From NCBI GenBank assembly GCA_965248355.1, contig OZ252098.1, positions 4,448,001 through 4,512,000 on the forward strand: a stretch of DNA of 64,000 bases. Reading direction: 5' to 3'. Positions 28,091-36,776 of this stretch are shown piece by piece. The DNA is from Candidatus Latescibacterota bacterium (GTDB taxonomy: Bacteria > Latescibacterota > UBA2968 > UBA8231). Position 1 is the first letter of the stretch. Every line of letters starts with the position of its first letter. Position numbers and translations under genes: made by a program. Under the pieces are notes generated by a model, which had not been told where the DNA came from, ran no database searches, and worked only from the letters and a program-made list of their open reading frames with translations.

Positions 28091-28161
28091 CCGTGCCCAA
28101 CGGTCCAGGCCCTTTCGCCGCTGCCGGTGACTCGCGTCCGCAACGAGCGGAGCCATTCAAG

Positions 28162-29697
28162 ATGAACATCACAACCACAGGCCTCGGCCCCACGCGGGAG
28201 CGTTTCGCGGAGCTGGCCGCGCAGGGCCTCGTGGTGCCCGTGCACCGCGAGATCCTGGCGGATACGGACACGCCCGTGTCGGCCTATCTGAAACTGCGCG
28301 AGGAGAGCGACTTCGCCTTCCTCTTCGAGAGCGTCGAGGGTGGGGAGCGGGCGGGGCGCTACTCCTTTCTGGGGATCCGGCCGAGTCTGCTGTTCCGGTC
28401 GCGGGGCCGCCAGGTGTCGATCGAGGACCGCGAGACCGGCCGGCGCCGCGACTTCGAGGCCGACCCCCGCGCCGCCCTGCGCGAGGTCATGGAGTCGCGG
28501 AGGGGCACGTCGCTCCCGGGCCTGCCGCCCTTCACCGGCGGCGCCGTGGGCTACCTGGCCTACGACGGCGTCCGCCTCGTGGAGGAGATCCCCGACAGCT
28601 GCGAGGACGACCTCGGCCTCGACGACATGGTCTTCGCCCTCTACGAGACCGTGGTCGCCTTCGACAACCTGCGGCACACGGTGATGATCATCGCCAATGT
28701 CCGCGCCGGCGGGGGAACCACCGTGGAGGAGGCCTGGGAGGAGGCCGGCCGGCGCATCGCCGAGGTCGAGGAGATCCTGTCGCGGCCGGTGCCGCACCGG
28801 GCCCTGCGCGGCATCGGGGAGCCGGGGGAGGTGCGCTCCAACATGTCGCGGGAGCGGTTCACCGAGGCCGTGGAGCGCTGCCTGGAGTACATCCGCGCCG
28901 GGGAGGTCTTCCAGGTGGTCTTCGCCCAGCGCTTCGAGCTGGATCTGACCGGGGACCCCTTCGACGTCTACCGGGTCCTGCGCACCGTGAACCCGTCGCC
29001 GTACATGTTCCACATGACCCTGCAGGGGCTGCAGGTCCTGGGCGCCTCGCCGGAGATCCTCGTGCGCGTGCAGGACGGCACCCTCGAGGTGCGGCCCCTC
29101 GCCGGCACGCGGGGACGCGGTCGCACCGAGGAGGAGGACGCGCGCCTGGCCGACGAGCTTCTGGCCGACGCCAAGGACTGCGCCGAGCACGTCATGCTCG
29201 TCGACCTGGGGCGCAACGACGTGGGGCGCGTGTCGGCGTACGACACGGTGCGGGTCACGGAGATGATGGAGGTGGAGCGCTACTCCCACGTGATGCACAT
29301 CGTGTCGAACGTGCGCGGCCGCCTGCGCCCCGACATGGACGCCCTGGAGGCCCTCTTCGCCTGCTATCCGGCCGGCACCCTGTCGGGCGCTCCCAAGGTG
29401 CGGGCCATGGAGATCATCGACGAGTTGGAGCCGACGCGGCGGGGGATCTACGGCGGCGCCATCGGCTACCTCGACTTCTCCGGCAACCTGGACACGTGCA
29501 TCGCCATCCGCACCATGGTGGTCAAGGACGGCACCGCCTACGTGCAGGCCGGGGCCGGGATCGTGGCCGACTCCGTCCCCGAGGCGGAGTTCGAGGAGAC
29601 GGTGAACAAGGCCATGGCCCTGCTGCGGGCGGTGGAGATGGCCCACCGCGGCGGTGTCGGCTCGGCCCCGGCCCTGCTCACGGAGGACGGCTCATGA
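28162..29697 (+). CDS. trpE: anthranilate synthase component I
   Basis: [67 protein letters not shown]. Confidence 0.95.
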   Translation: MNITTTGLGPTRERFAELAAQGLVVPVHREILADTDTPVSAYLKLREESDFAFLFESVEGGERAGRYSFLGIRPSLLFRSRGRQVSIEDRETGRRRDFEADPRAALREVMESRRGTSLPGLPPFTGGAVGYLAYDGVRLVEEIPDSCEDDLGLDDMVFALYETVVAFDNLRHTVMIIANVRAGGGTTVEEAWEEAGRRIAEVEEILSRPVPHRALRGIGEPGEVRSNMSRERFTEAVERCLEYIRAGEVFQVVFAQRFELDLTGDPFDVYRVLRTVNPSPYMFHMTLQGLQVLGASPEILVRVQDGTLEVRPLAGTRGRGRTEEEDARLADELLADAKDCAEHVMLVDLGRNDVGRVSAYDTVRVTEMMEVERYSHVMHIVSNVRGRLRPDMDALEALFACYPAGTLSGAPKVRAMEIIDELEPTRRGIYGGAIGYLDFSGNLDTCIAIRTMVVKDGTAYVQAGAGIVADSVPEAEFEETVNKAMALLRAVEMAHRGGVGSAPALLTEDGS

Positions 29698-30260
29698 TCC
29701 TCGTGGTCGACAACTACGACTCCTTCACCTACAACCTGGTCCAGTACCTGGGCGAGCTCGGCGCCGAGCTGGTCGTCTACCGCAACGACCGCGTCACCAC
29801 CGACGAGATCGCCGGCCTGGCGCCGGAGCGCATCGTCATCTCCCCGGGGCCCTGCACGCCCGACGTGGCGGGCATCTCCATCGACGTGGTGAGCCGCTTC
29901 GCCGGGGAGATCCCCATCCTCGGCGTTTGCCTCGGGCACCAGTCCATCGGCCAGGCCTTCGGCGGCGTCGTCACCCGCGCGCCGTACGTCATGCACGGCA
30001 AGACCTCCGAGATCCACCATCACGGCCGGGGCATCTACGCCGGCCTGCCCAATCCCTTCGTGGCCACCCGCTATCACTCGCTGATCGTCGACCGGGAGTC
30101 GGTGCCGGACTGTCTGGAGGTCGTCGCCGAGACCGGGGACGGACTGGTCATGGGGCTGCGCCACCGCGAGCTGGACGTCGAGGGCGTGCAGTTCCACCCG
30201 GAGTCGATCCTCACCGCCGAGGGCCAGCGCCTGCTGGGCAACTTCCTTGCGCGGGACTGA
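29694..30260 (+). CDS. trpG: anthranilate synthase component II (glutamine amidotransferase)
   Basis: [35 protein letters not shown]. Confidence 0.95.
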   Translation: MILVVDNYDSFTYNLVQYLGELGAELVVYRNDRVTTDEIAGLAPERIVISPGPCTPDVAGISIDVVSRFAGEIPILGVCLGHQSIGQAFGGVVTRAPYVMHGKTSEIHHHGRGIYAGLPNPFVATRYHSLIVDRESVPDCLEVVAETGDGLVMGLRHRELDVEGVQFHPESILTAEGQRLLGNFLARD

Positions 30261-30296
30261 ACCCGGGATCTTGCTTTTCCAGGGAGGATACCAACC

Positions 30297-31307
30297 ATGA
30301 TCCAGGACGCGATCCAGCAACTCATCGCCGGGCAGGACCTCGACCGTGAGACGGCCACCGCCGTGATGGAGCAGATCATGAGCGGCGAGGCCACCGACGC
30401 CCAGATCGGCGGCTTCCTCGTGGCCCTGCGCTGCAAGGGCGAGACGGTGGACGAGGTGGCCGGGTGCGCCGAGGTGATGCGGGCGAAGGCCACGCGCATC
30501 TCCGGCGGCCGGGCGCCACTGATCGACACCTGCGGCACCGGCGGCGACGCCTCGGGCACGTTCAACATCTCCACCACCGTCGCCTTCGTCGCCGCCGGCG
30601 CCGGGTGCACGGTGGCCAAACACGGCAACCGCGCCATGTCGAGCCAGTGCGGCTCCGCCGACGTGCTCGCCGAGCTGGGCGTCGACATCGAGGCCGATCC
30701 CGCCCGCGTGGGCGCCTGTCTCGACGAGGCCGGCATCGGTTTCCTCTTCGCCCCCGCCCTGCACGGCGCCATGAAGCACGCCATCGGCCCCCGCCGGGAG
30801 CTGGGCACGCGCACGGTCTTCAACATCCTCGGGCCCCTCACCAATCCGGCGGGGGCGACGCGCCACCTCATGGGCGTCTTCGCGCCGGAGCTCACCGAGC
30901 TGCAGGCCCGCGTCCTCCGCGCCCTGGGCTCCGAGCGGGCCTTCATCGTCCACGGTCTCGATGGTCTCGACGAGATCACCCTCACCGGGCCGTCCCGGGT
31001 GAGCGAGCTGGCCGGCGGCGAGGTGCGCACCTACGAGATCGAGCCCGCCGACTTCGGGCTCGACCGGGCCGAGGCCGCGGACCTGAAAGGCGGGGACGCG
31101 GCCGACAACGCCGCCATCCTGCGCCAGGTCCTCGATGGCGCCGGCGGACCCCGGGCGGACGTGGTGGTCCTCAATGCCGCCGCCGCCCTCGCCGCCGCGG
31201 GGGTGGCCGGGGATCTGGCCGCCGGGATCGAGGCCGCCCGCGAGTCGATCGCCTCGGGCCGGGCCCGCCGGTCCCTGGACCGGCTCGTGGAGGTGAGCAA
31301 CGCCTGA
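30297..31307 (+). CDS. trpD: anthranilate phosphoribosyltransferase
   Basis: DTCGTGGD, FNIST, KHGNRA..GSAD, RTVFNILGPLTNP, GLDE. Confidence 0.96.
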   Translation: MIQDAIQQLIAGQDLDRETATAVMEQIMSGEATDAQIGGFLVALRCKGETVDEVAGCAEVMRAKATRISGGRAPLIDTCGTGGDASGTFNISTTVAFVAAGAGCTVAKHGNRAMSSQCGSADVLAELGVDIEADPARVGACLDEAGIGFLFAPALHGAMKHAIGPRRELGTRTVFNILGPLTNPAGATRHLMGVFAPELTELQARVLRALGSERAFIVHGLDGLDEITLTGPSRVSELAGGEVRTYEIEPADFGLDRAEAADLKGGDAADNAAILRQVLDGAGGPRADVVVLNAAAALAAAGVAGDLAAGIEAARESIASGRARRSLDRLVEVSNA

Positions 31308-31320
31308 GGCGGGGCAGGAC

Positions 31321-32109
31321 ATGGCCGGCATCCTCGAAGAGATCGTGGCGTACAAGCGCGACTTCCTCGCCCGGCGCTTGCACGATGCGCCCCTGGCCGA
31401 GGTCCGCGCCCGGGCCCTCGACGCGTCGGATCCGGCGGACTTTGCCGGGGCCCTGGCCGCCGAGGGCGTCTCCCTGATCGCCGAGCTGAAGAAGGCCTCG
31501 CCCTCGAAGGGGGTGATCCGGGAGGACTTCGATCCGGAGGCCATCGCCCGGGCCTACGCCGGCAACGGCGCCCGCGCGCTTTCCGTGCTCACCGACGAGG
31601 CGTATTTTCAGGGCTCCGACGCCCACCTCCAGTCCGCGCGGCAGGCTGCCGGGATCCCGGTGTTGCGCAAGGACTTCACCATCGATCCCTACCAGCTCTT
31701 CGAGGCCCGCGTCATCGGCGCGGACGCCGTGCTGCTCATCGTCTCGATCATGGACGGCGGCCAGCTGGAGGACCTTCAGGGCCTGGGCCGGGAGCTGGGC
31801 CTGTCGGTGCTCGTCGAGGTCCACACCCGGGAGGAGCTGGAGCGCGCCCAGGCCGCCGAGGCCTCCCTGATGGGCATCAACAACCGCGATCTGATGACCT
31901 TCGAGACGAGCCTGGACACGACCTTCGAGCTGCGGCCCTTCGTGCCGGACGGAGTGACCCTGGTCAGCGAGAGCGGCATCGAGCACCACGAGCACCTGCG
32001 CCAGCTCGGCGAGGCCGGCGTCGACGCCGTGCTGGTGGGCGAGTCCCTCATGCGGGCCGGGGACCCGGGCGCCGCCGTGCGCGACCTCCTCGGCGGCGAG
32101 GAGAGCTGA
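31321..32109 (+). CDS. trpC: indole-3-glycerol phosphate synthase
   Basis: IAELKKASPSKG, SVLTD, LRKDF, GINNRDL, SESGI, LVGESLM. Confidence 0.96.
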   Translation: MAGILEEIVAYKRDFLARRLHDAPLAEVRARALDASDPADFAGALAAEGVSLIAELKKASPSKGVIREDFDPEAIARAYAGNGARALSVLTDEAYFQGSDAHLQSARQAAGIPVLRKDFTIDPYQLFEARVIGADAVLLIVSIMDGGQLEDLQGLGRELGLSVLVEVHTREELERAQAAEASLMGINNRDLMTFETSLDTTFELRPFVPDGVTLVSESGIEHHEHLRQLGEAGVDAVLVGESLMRAGDPGAAVRDLLGGEES

Positions 32110-32110
32110 C

Positions 32111-33094
32111 GTGGCGCCGCGCGTGTTCTCCGGCATCCAGCCGTCGGGCGAGCCCCACCTGGGCAACTACATCGGCGCCATCCGCAACTGGGTGAGCGAC
32201 CAGGAGCGCTACGACAACTTCTTCTGCATCGTCGACGAGCACGCCATCACCGTGCCCTTCGACCCGGCCGAGCTGCGGGCCAAGGTGCGGGAGCTGGTGG
32301 GGGTGCTGGTGGCCTGCGGCATCGACCCGGAGCGCAGCGTCCTCTTCGTCCAGTCCCACGTGGCCGAGCACACGGAGCTGGCCTGGCTGCTGACCTGCAA
32401 CACCCCCATGGGCTGGCTCGAGCGCATGACCCAGTTCAAGGACAAGGCCGGCAGCCGGCGCGAGCGGGTCGGCGCCGGTCTGTTCACCTACCCCGTGCTC
32501 ATGGCGGCCGACATCCTCCTCTACCAGACCTCGGTGGTGCCCGTGGGCGACGACCAGAAGCAGCACGTGGAGCTGGCCCGCGACATCGCCGGCCGCTTCA
32601 ACAATCTCTACGGCGAGGTCTTCACCCTGCCGGAGCCGCTGATCCGCGAGGTCGGCGCGCGCGTCATGGGGCTCGACGACCCCACGAAGAAGATGTCCAA
32701 GTCGGTGGAGGGACAGCATCACGCCATCGGGCTGCTCCACGAGCCCGACCTGATCCGGCGCAGGATCGGCCGCGCCGTCACCGACTCGCTGCGGGAGATC
32801 CGCTTCGACGAGGACCGCCCCGGCGTAAACAACCTGCTGACCATCCATCACGCCCTCTCAGGGCAGGACAAGGCCGGGATCGAGGCCCACTTCGAGGGCA
32901 AGGGCTACGGCGACCTGAAGAAGGAGGTGGCCGACGTCGTGGTGGAGTCCCTGGCCCCGGTGCGGCGGCGCTACGCCGAGATCACCGCCGATCCGGCGAC
33001 CGTCGACGGGATCCTCGAGGCGGGGCGCGAGCGGGCGCGGCCGGTGGCCGAGGCCACCATGGAAGACGTGCGCCGGGCCATGGGACTGCGGTGA
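32111..33094 (+). CDS. trpS: tryptophanyl-tRNA synthetase
   Basis: SGIQPSG.PHLGNY, YPVLMAADIL, VPVGDDQ, KMSKS. Confidence 0.96.
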   Translation: MAPRVFSGIQPSGEPHLGNYIGAIRNWVSDQERYDNFFCIVDEHAITVPFDPAELRAKVRELVGVLVACGIDPERSVLFVQSHVAEHTELAWLLTCNTPMGWLERMTQFKDKAGSRRERVGAGLFTYPVLMAADILLYQTSVVPVGDDQKQHVELARDIAGRFNNLYGEVFTLPEPLIREVGARVMGLDDPTKKMSKSVEGQHHAIGLLHEPDLIRRRIGRAVTDSLREIRFDEDRPGVNNLLTIHHALSGQDKAGIEAHFEGKGYGDLKKEVADVVVESLAPVRRRYAEITADPATVDGILEAGRERARPVAEATMEDVRRAMGLR

Positions 33095-33098
33095 GCCC

Positions 33099-33383
33099 AT
33101 GGCCGACGGGAAGGACATCGATGACTGGCGGGCCCGCATCGACGAGGTGGACGAGAGGATCGTCGACCTGATCAACGAGAGACTGGGCTACGCCATCGAG
33201 ATCGGCCGGCTCAAGCGGGCCAGCGGCCGGCAGGTGCGCGACCGGGCCCGGGAGCGGGCCCTCATCGAGCGGCTCCAGGCCTTCAACCGGGGTCCCCTGA
33301 GCGAGGAGGCCATCGCCGACCTCTTCGCCCGAATCATGGCCGAGGCCCGCACCCTCGAAGGCGGGGGGGACGGGGCGCCGTGA
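33099..33383 (+). CDS. chorismate mutase (AroQ type)
   Basis: RARIDEVDERIVDLINER..IGRLK..VRDRARE pattern. Confidence 0.88.
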   Translation: MADGKDIDDWRARIDEVDERIVDLINERLGYAIEIGRLKRASGRQVRDRARERALIERLQAFNRGPLSEEAIADLFARIMAEARTLEGGGDGAP

Positions 33384-34501
33384 GCACCGCCAACCGGTCC
33401 TCCCGGTTCGGGCGAATCGGGATCGTCGGCGTCGGACTGATCGGCGGCTCCTTCGGCCTGGCCCTGCGGCGCACGGGATACGCCGGTTCGATCGTCGGCA
33501 TCAGCCGGCCCGAGACGGTGGAGAAGGCCGTCTCCCTCGGGGCCGTGGACGAGGGCTGGGACTACGAGGAAGTGGACCGGGGGCTGGCCGGGGCGGACCT
33601 CGTCTTCCTGTGCTCGCCCATCCGCCACATCATCGACTTCCTGCCGCGGGTCATGGCGGCGGTGCCGGCCGGGGCCCTGGTCACCGACGCGGGCAGCACC
33701 AAGCGCAGCATCGTAGACGCCGCTGCGGCCACGGGGCGGTTCGACGCCTGGTTCCTCGGCGGCCATCCCATGGCCGGCTCGGAGAAGTCGGGGGTGATGG
33801 CGGCCGATCCGTTCCTGTTCCAGAACGCGATCCACATCCTCGTGCCCGACGCCGCCGTGCCGGAAGATCTGCACCAGGGCTTGCGCGATCTGCTCCGCGG
33901 CCTCGGGGCCCGCGTCCTCGAGCTGTCGGCGGAGGACCACGACCTGGTGGTGGCCGCCATCAGCCACCTGCCCCAGCTGCTGGCCACCTCCCTCGTGGAG
34001 ATGGTGGGCCTTCTGGACGAGGAGCGGGAGGGCCTGCTCCTGACCCTGGCGGCCGGCGGGTTCCGCGACCTGACGAGAATCGCCTCCAGCCGCTTCGAGC
34101 CGGTCTGGAACGACATCTGTGCCACCAACCCGGACCGAATCCGCGAGATGGTCGACCGTTTCCAGGCGCGCCTGGCCCAGGTGCGCGACAAGGTGGGCGG
34201 CAGCGCTCTGGAGGCCGACTTCGAGTACGCCAACCGGATCCGCGACGGCATCCCGAGGGACGCCAAGGGGTTCATCCACCGGCTGGCGGAGGTGCTCGTG
34301 GTCTGCGAGGACCGGCCGGGGGTGATCGCCGAGATCGCCGCCGTCCTGGCGGCGGAGGACGTGAACATCAACGACATCGAGGTGATGAAGGTGCGCGAAG
34401 GAGAGGGGGGGACCCTGCGGCTGGGCTTCGATGGCGACGGGGTGGCCGACCACGCGGTGGAGGTGCTCGGGGCCGTGGGCTACCGGGCGCGGCGGCCCTG
34501 A
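33380..34501 (+). CDS. tyrA: prephenate/arogenate dehydrogenase with C-terminal ACT domain
   Basis: GVGLIGGS, TDAGSTK, GGHPMAGSE, HD..VAAISHLP, GFRDLTRIA, DRPGVIA. Confidence 0.93.
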   Translation: MSTANRSSRFGRIGIVGVGLIGGSFGLALRRTGYAGSIVGISRPETVEKAVSLGAVDEGWDYEEVDRGLAGADLVFLCSPIRHIIDFLPRVMAAVPAGALVTDAGSTKRSIVDAAAATGRFDAWFLGGHPMAGSEKSGVMAADPFLFQNAIHILVPDAAVPEDLHQGLRDLLRGLGARVLELSAEDHDLVVAAISHLPQLLATSLVEMVGLLDEEREGLLLTLAAGGFRDLTRIASSRFEPVWNDICATNPDRIREMVDRFQARLAQVRDKVGGSALEADFEYANRIRDGIPRDAKGFIHRLAEVLVVCEDRPGVIAEIAAVLAAEDVNINDIEVMKVREGEGGTLRLGFDGDGVADHAVEVLGAVGYRARRP

Positions 34502-34504
34502 CCG

Positions 34505-35806
34505 ATGGTGCGGACCGTTTTCAGGGCCACTCGCCTCCGGGGCGAGGTCCGGGTGCCCGGCGAACGCGACCGGGCCATCCAGGCCCTGTGGATGGCGGCC
34601 GTGTCGGAGGGCCCCAGCCGGATCGGCGGCGTGCCCCCCGGGGCGGTGGGAACCGTGACCGCCCTGCGGCGGCTCGGCGTCGGGGTGAACGACGACAACG
34701 GAGGCGGTCTCCGCGTCGACGGCCGCGGTCCGGGAGGGCTCGAGCCCCCCGGGGACATCCTCGATCTGGAGGGCTCGGAGGAGGCGGTGCTGCCGGCTCT
34801 GGCGATCCTGGCCCGGCAGCCCTTTCCCAGCCGCGTGCGGGTCCCCGGGCCGGTGCGGGACCGGGCGGCTCAGCTCCTGCGGCTGCTGGCGCGCACCGGC
34901 TCCGTGGGCACGGAAGAGGCCGAGGGCGTCCTTCGCCTGGAGGGGGCCGCGGGCCCCGGCGGGGCCGACCACGAGGAGACGGACCTGCCGGCGCCGGTGA
35001 AGCTCGGCCTGCTGACGGCTGGCCTCTTCGCCGAGGCTCCCACCGTGGTGCGCGAGCCGGCCTCCTGCCGCGACCGCGTCGAGGCGCCGTGGAGGGAGCG
35101 CGGCGTTCCGGTGGAGAGCGGCCGCCGGGGCGATCCGCCGGCGCGCACCCTGACCCTGTCGCCGGGGTCGGCGCCGAAGGCCCTGGATGTGGATGTCCCC
35201 GGAGACCTGGCGGGGGCCTTGCCGGTGGTGGTCGCGGCCCTGGCCGTGCGCCGCTCGGAGGTCGCCGTGCGCCGGGTCATGGTGCGCCCGGGGAACCGCC
35301 TCTTCGTCGACCTGGTGCGCCAGATCGGCGGCGAGCTGGAGATCGTCGAGGCCGGGGACGGCAGCGTCGATCTGCTGGTCCGAGGCTCGGCGAAGCTCCA
35401 GGCGACGCGGGTGGCCGACCGCCGGGCCCGGAGGCTGCTGGAGCACGTGGCCCTGCTGGCGGTGCTGGCCACCCAGACCGAGGGCGAGTTCATCATCCGG
35501 GACATCGAGCCGCTGCGCCAGGGCGAGTACGACTTCGTCGACCACCTCGTGGACCAGTTGCGGCGGGTCGAGGCCAAGGTCGGCGAGTATCACGAGGGCC
35601 TGGTGATCGAGGGCGGCCGGCCGCTGAAGGGGGAGCGCATCGACGGCCGGGGTCACCCGGGTCTGGTGCAGGCCTTCGCCGTGGCCGGCCTCGTCGCCCA
35701 CGGCCAGATGGAGATCGCCGGCGCGGACTGCGTCGAAGCCTCCTTCCCGGGGTTCTTCGATCTCCTCGACGCGTTGCAGGCCCCCAGGGCCAGGGAGAAT
35801 GCGTGA
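34505..35806 (+). CDS. EPSP synthase (AroA)-fold protein lacking canonical catalytic motifs
   Basis: Collinear with class II AroA (LRGEVRVPG, DVPGD, DIEPLR, SFPGFF) and in the aroA position after tyrA, but the signature motifs are replaced (see findings). Confidence 0.8.
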   Translation: MVRTVFRATRLRGEVRVPGERDRAIQALWMAAVSEGPSRIGGVPPGAVGTVTALRRLGVGVNDDNGGGLRVDGRGPGGLEPPGDILDLEGSEEAVLPALAILARQPFPSRVRVPGPVRDRAAQLLRLLARTGSVGTEEAEGVLRLEGAAGPGGADHEETDLPAPVKLGLLTAGLFAEAPTVVREPASCRDRVEAPWRERGVPVESGRRGDPPARTLTLSPGSAPKALDVDVPGDLAGALPVVVAALAVRRSEVAVRRVMVRPGNRLFVDLVRQIGGELEIVEAGDGSVDLLVRGSAKLQATRVADRRARRLLEHVALLAVLATQTEGEFIIRDIEPLRQGEYDFVDHLVDQLRRVEAKVGEYHEGLVIEGGRPLKGERIDGRGHPGLVQAFAVAGLVAHGQMEIAGADCVEASFPGFFDLLDALQAPRARENA

Positions 35807-35946
35807 TGAGAATTCTGTTGCGGCTGCTGGTGCTGGCCGCCGTGGTCTTCGGCGGCGGCGTGCTGCTGATCAAGGTGCTCTACGGGGCGAGCTGGGGCGA
35901 GTCTCTCGAGATCGCCGACCAGTTCCTGGAGGACGTCCTCGGGTGA
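35806..35946 (+). CDS. small membrane protein (46 aa)
   Basis: MRILLRLLVLAAVVFGGGVLLIKVLYGASWGESLEIADQFLEDVLG*; overlaps both neighbouring stop/start codons; GGGAG upstream. Confidence 0.65.
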   Translation: MRILLRLLVLAAVVFGGGVLLIKVLYGASWGESLEIADQFLEDVLG

Positions 35947-36776
35947 TCACCGGCCGGACCGGGGTCCTCGGCGTCATCGGCCATCCGGTGACGCACTCGG
36001 GGTCCCCGGCGATGCACAACGCGGCCCTGGCGGCCACGGGTCTGGACTACGTGTACGTCGCCTTCCCGGTGCCGCCGGAGAGCGCCGCCCACGTGGGCGG
36101 CGCCATGCGCCACTTCGGCATCCGCGGCCTCAACGTCACCGTGCCCCACAAGCAGGCGGTCCTGTCCTGCCTCGACGAGGTGGCCCCGGAGGCGCGGGCC
36201 ATCGGCGCCGTGAACACCATCGACCACCGCGGCGGCCGCCTGGTGGGGCACAACACCGACGCCCACGGCGTGCTCGCCAGCCTGCGCGAGGGAGGGTTGG
36301 AGCGGCTGCCGCCGAAGGTCGCCCTTCTGGGCGCCGGCGGCGCGGCCCAGGCCGTCCTCTACGCCCTGCTCTCCCGCGGCGAGGTGGAGGAGGTGTCGCT
36401 GCTCAACCGCACCCCCTCCCGGGCCGAGAGCCTGGCCGAGTCCCTGGACGGCGGCGGCCGGGTGCGGGTGGCGCCCCTGAAGGAGAGCGCCTGCGTGCGC
36501 GAGGCGGGGCTGGTCATCAACGCCACCTCCATCGGCATGGAGCCCGCGGCCGGCGTCTCGCCGCTGGGCGACGGCCGCGTCCTGCACGACGGCATGGTGG
36601 TGCTCGACATCGTCTACAAGCCGCTGCGCACGCGCCTTCTGGAGCAGGCCCAGGCCGCCGGCGCCCGCGCTCTGGACGGGTTGGGGATGCTGGTGCACCA
36701 GGGCGCCCGGTCCTTCGAGATCTGGACCGGGGTGCGGCCGCCGGTGGACGTCATGCGGCGGGCCCTCGAGGCGTGA
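35943..36776 (+). CDS. aroE: shikimate dehydrogenase
   Basis: HSGSPAMHN, GLNVTVPHK, GAVNT, NTD, GAGGAA, NATSIG, GLGMLVHQG. Confidence 0.93.
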   Translation: MITGRTGVLGVIGHPVTHSGSPAMHNAALAATGLDYVYVAFPVPPESAAHVGGAMRHFGIRGLNVTVPHKQAVLSCLDEVAPEARAIGAVNTIDHRGGRLVGHNTDAHGVLASLREGGLERLPPKVALLGAGGAAQAVLYALLSRGEVEEVSLLNRTPSRAESLAESLDGGGRVRVAPLKESACVREAGLVINATSIGMEPAAGVSPLGDGRVLHDGMVVLDIVYKPLRTRLLEQAQAAGARALDGLGMLVHQGARSFEIWTGVRPPVDVMRRALEA

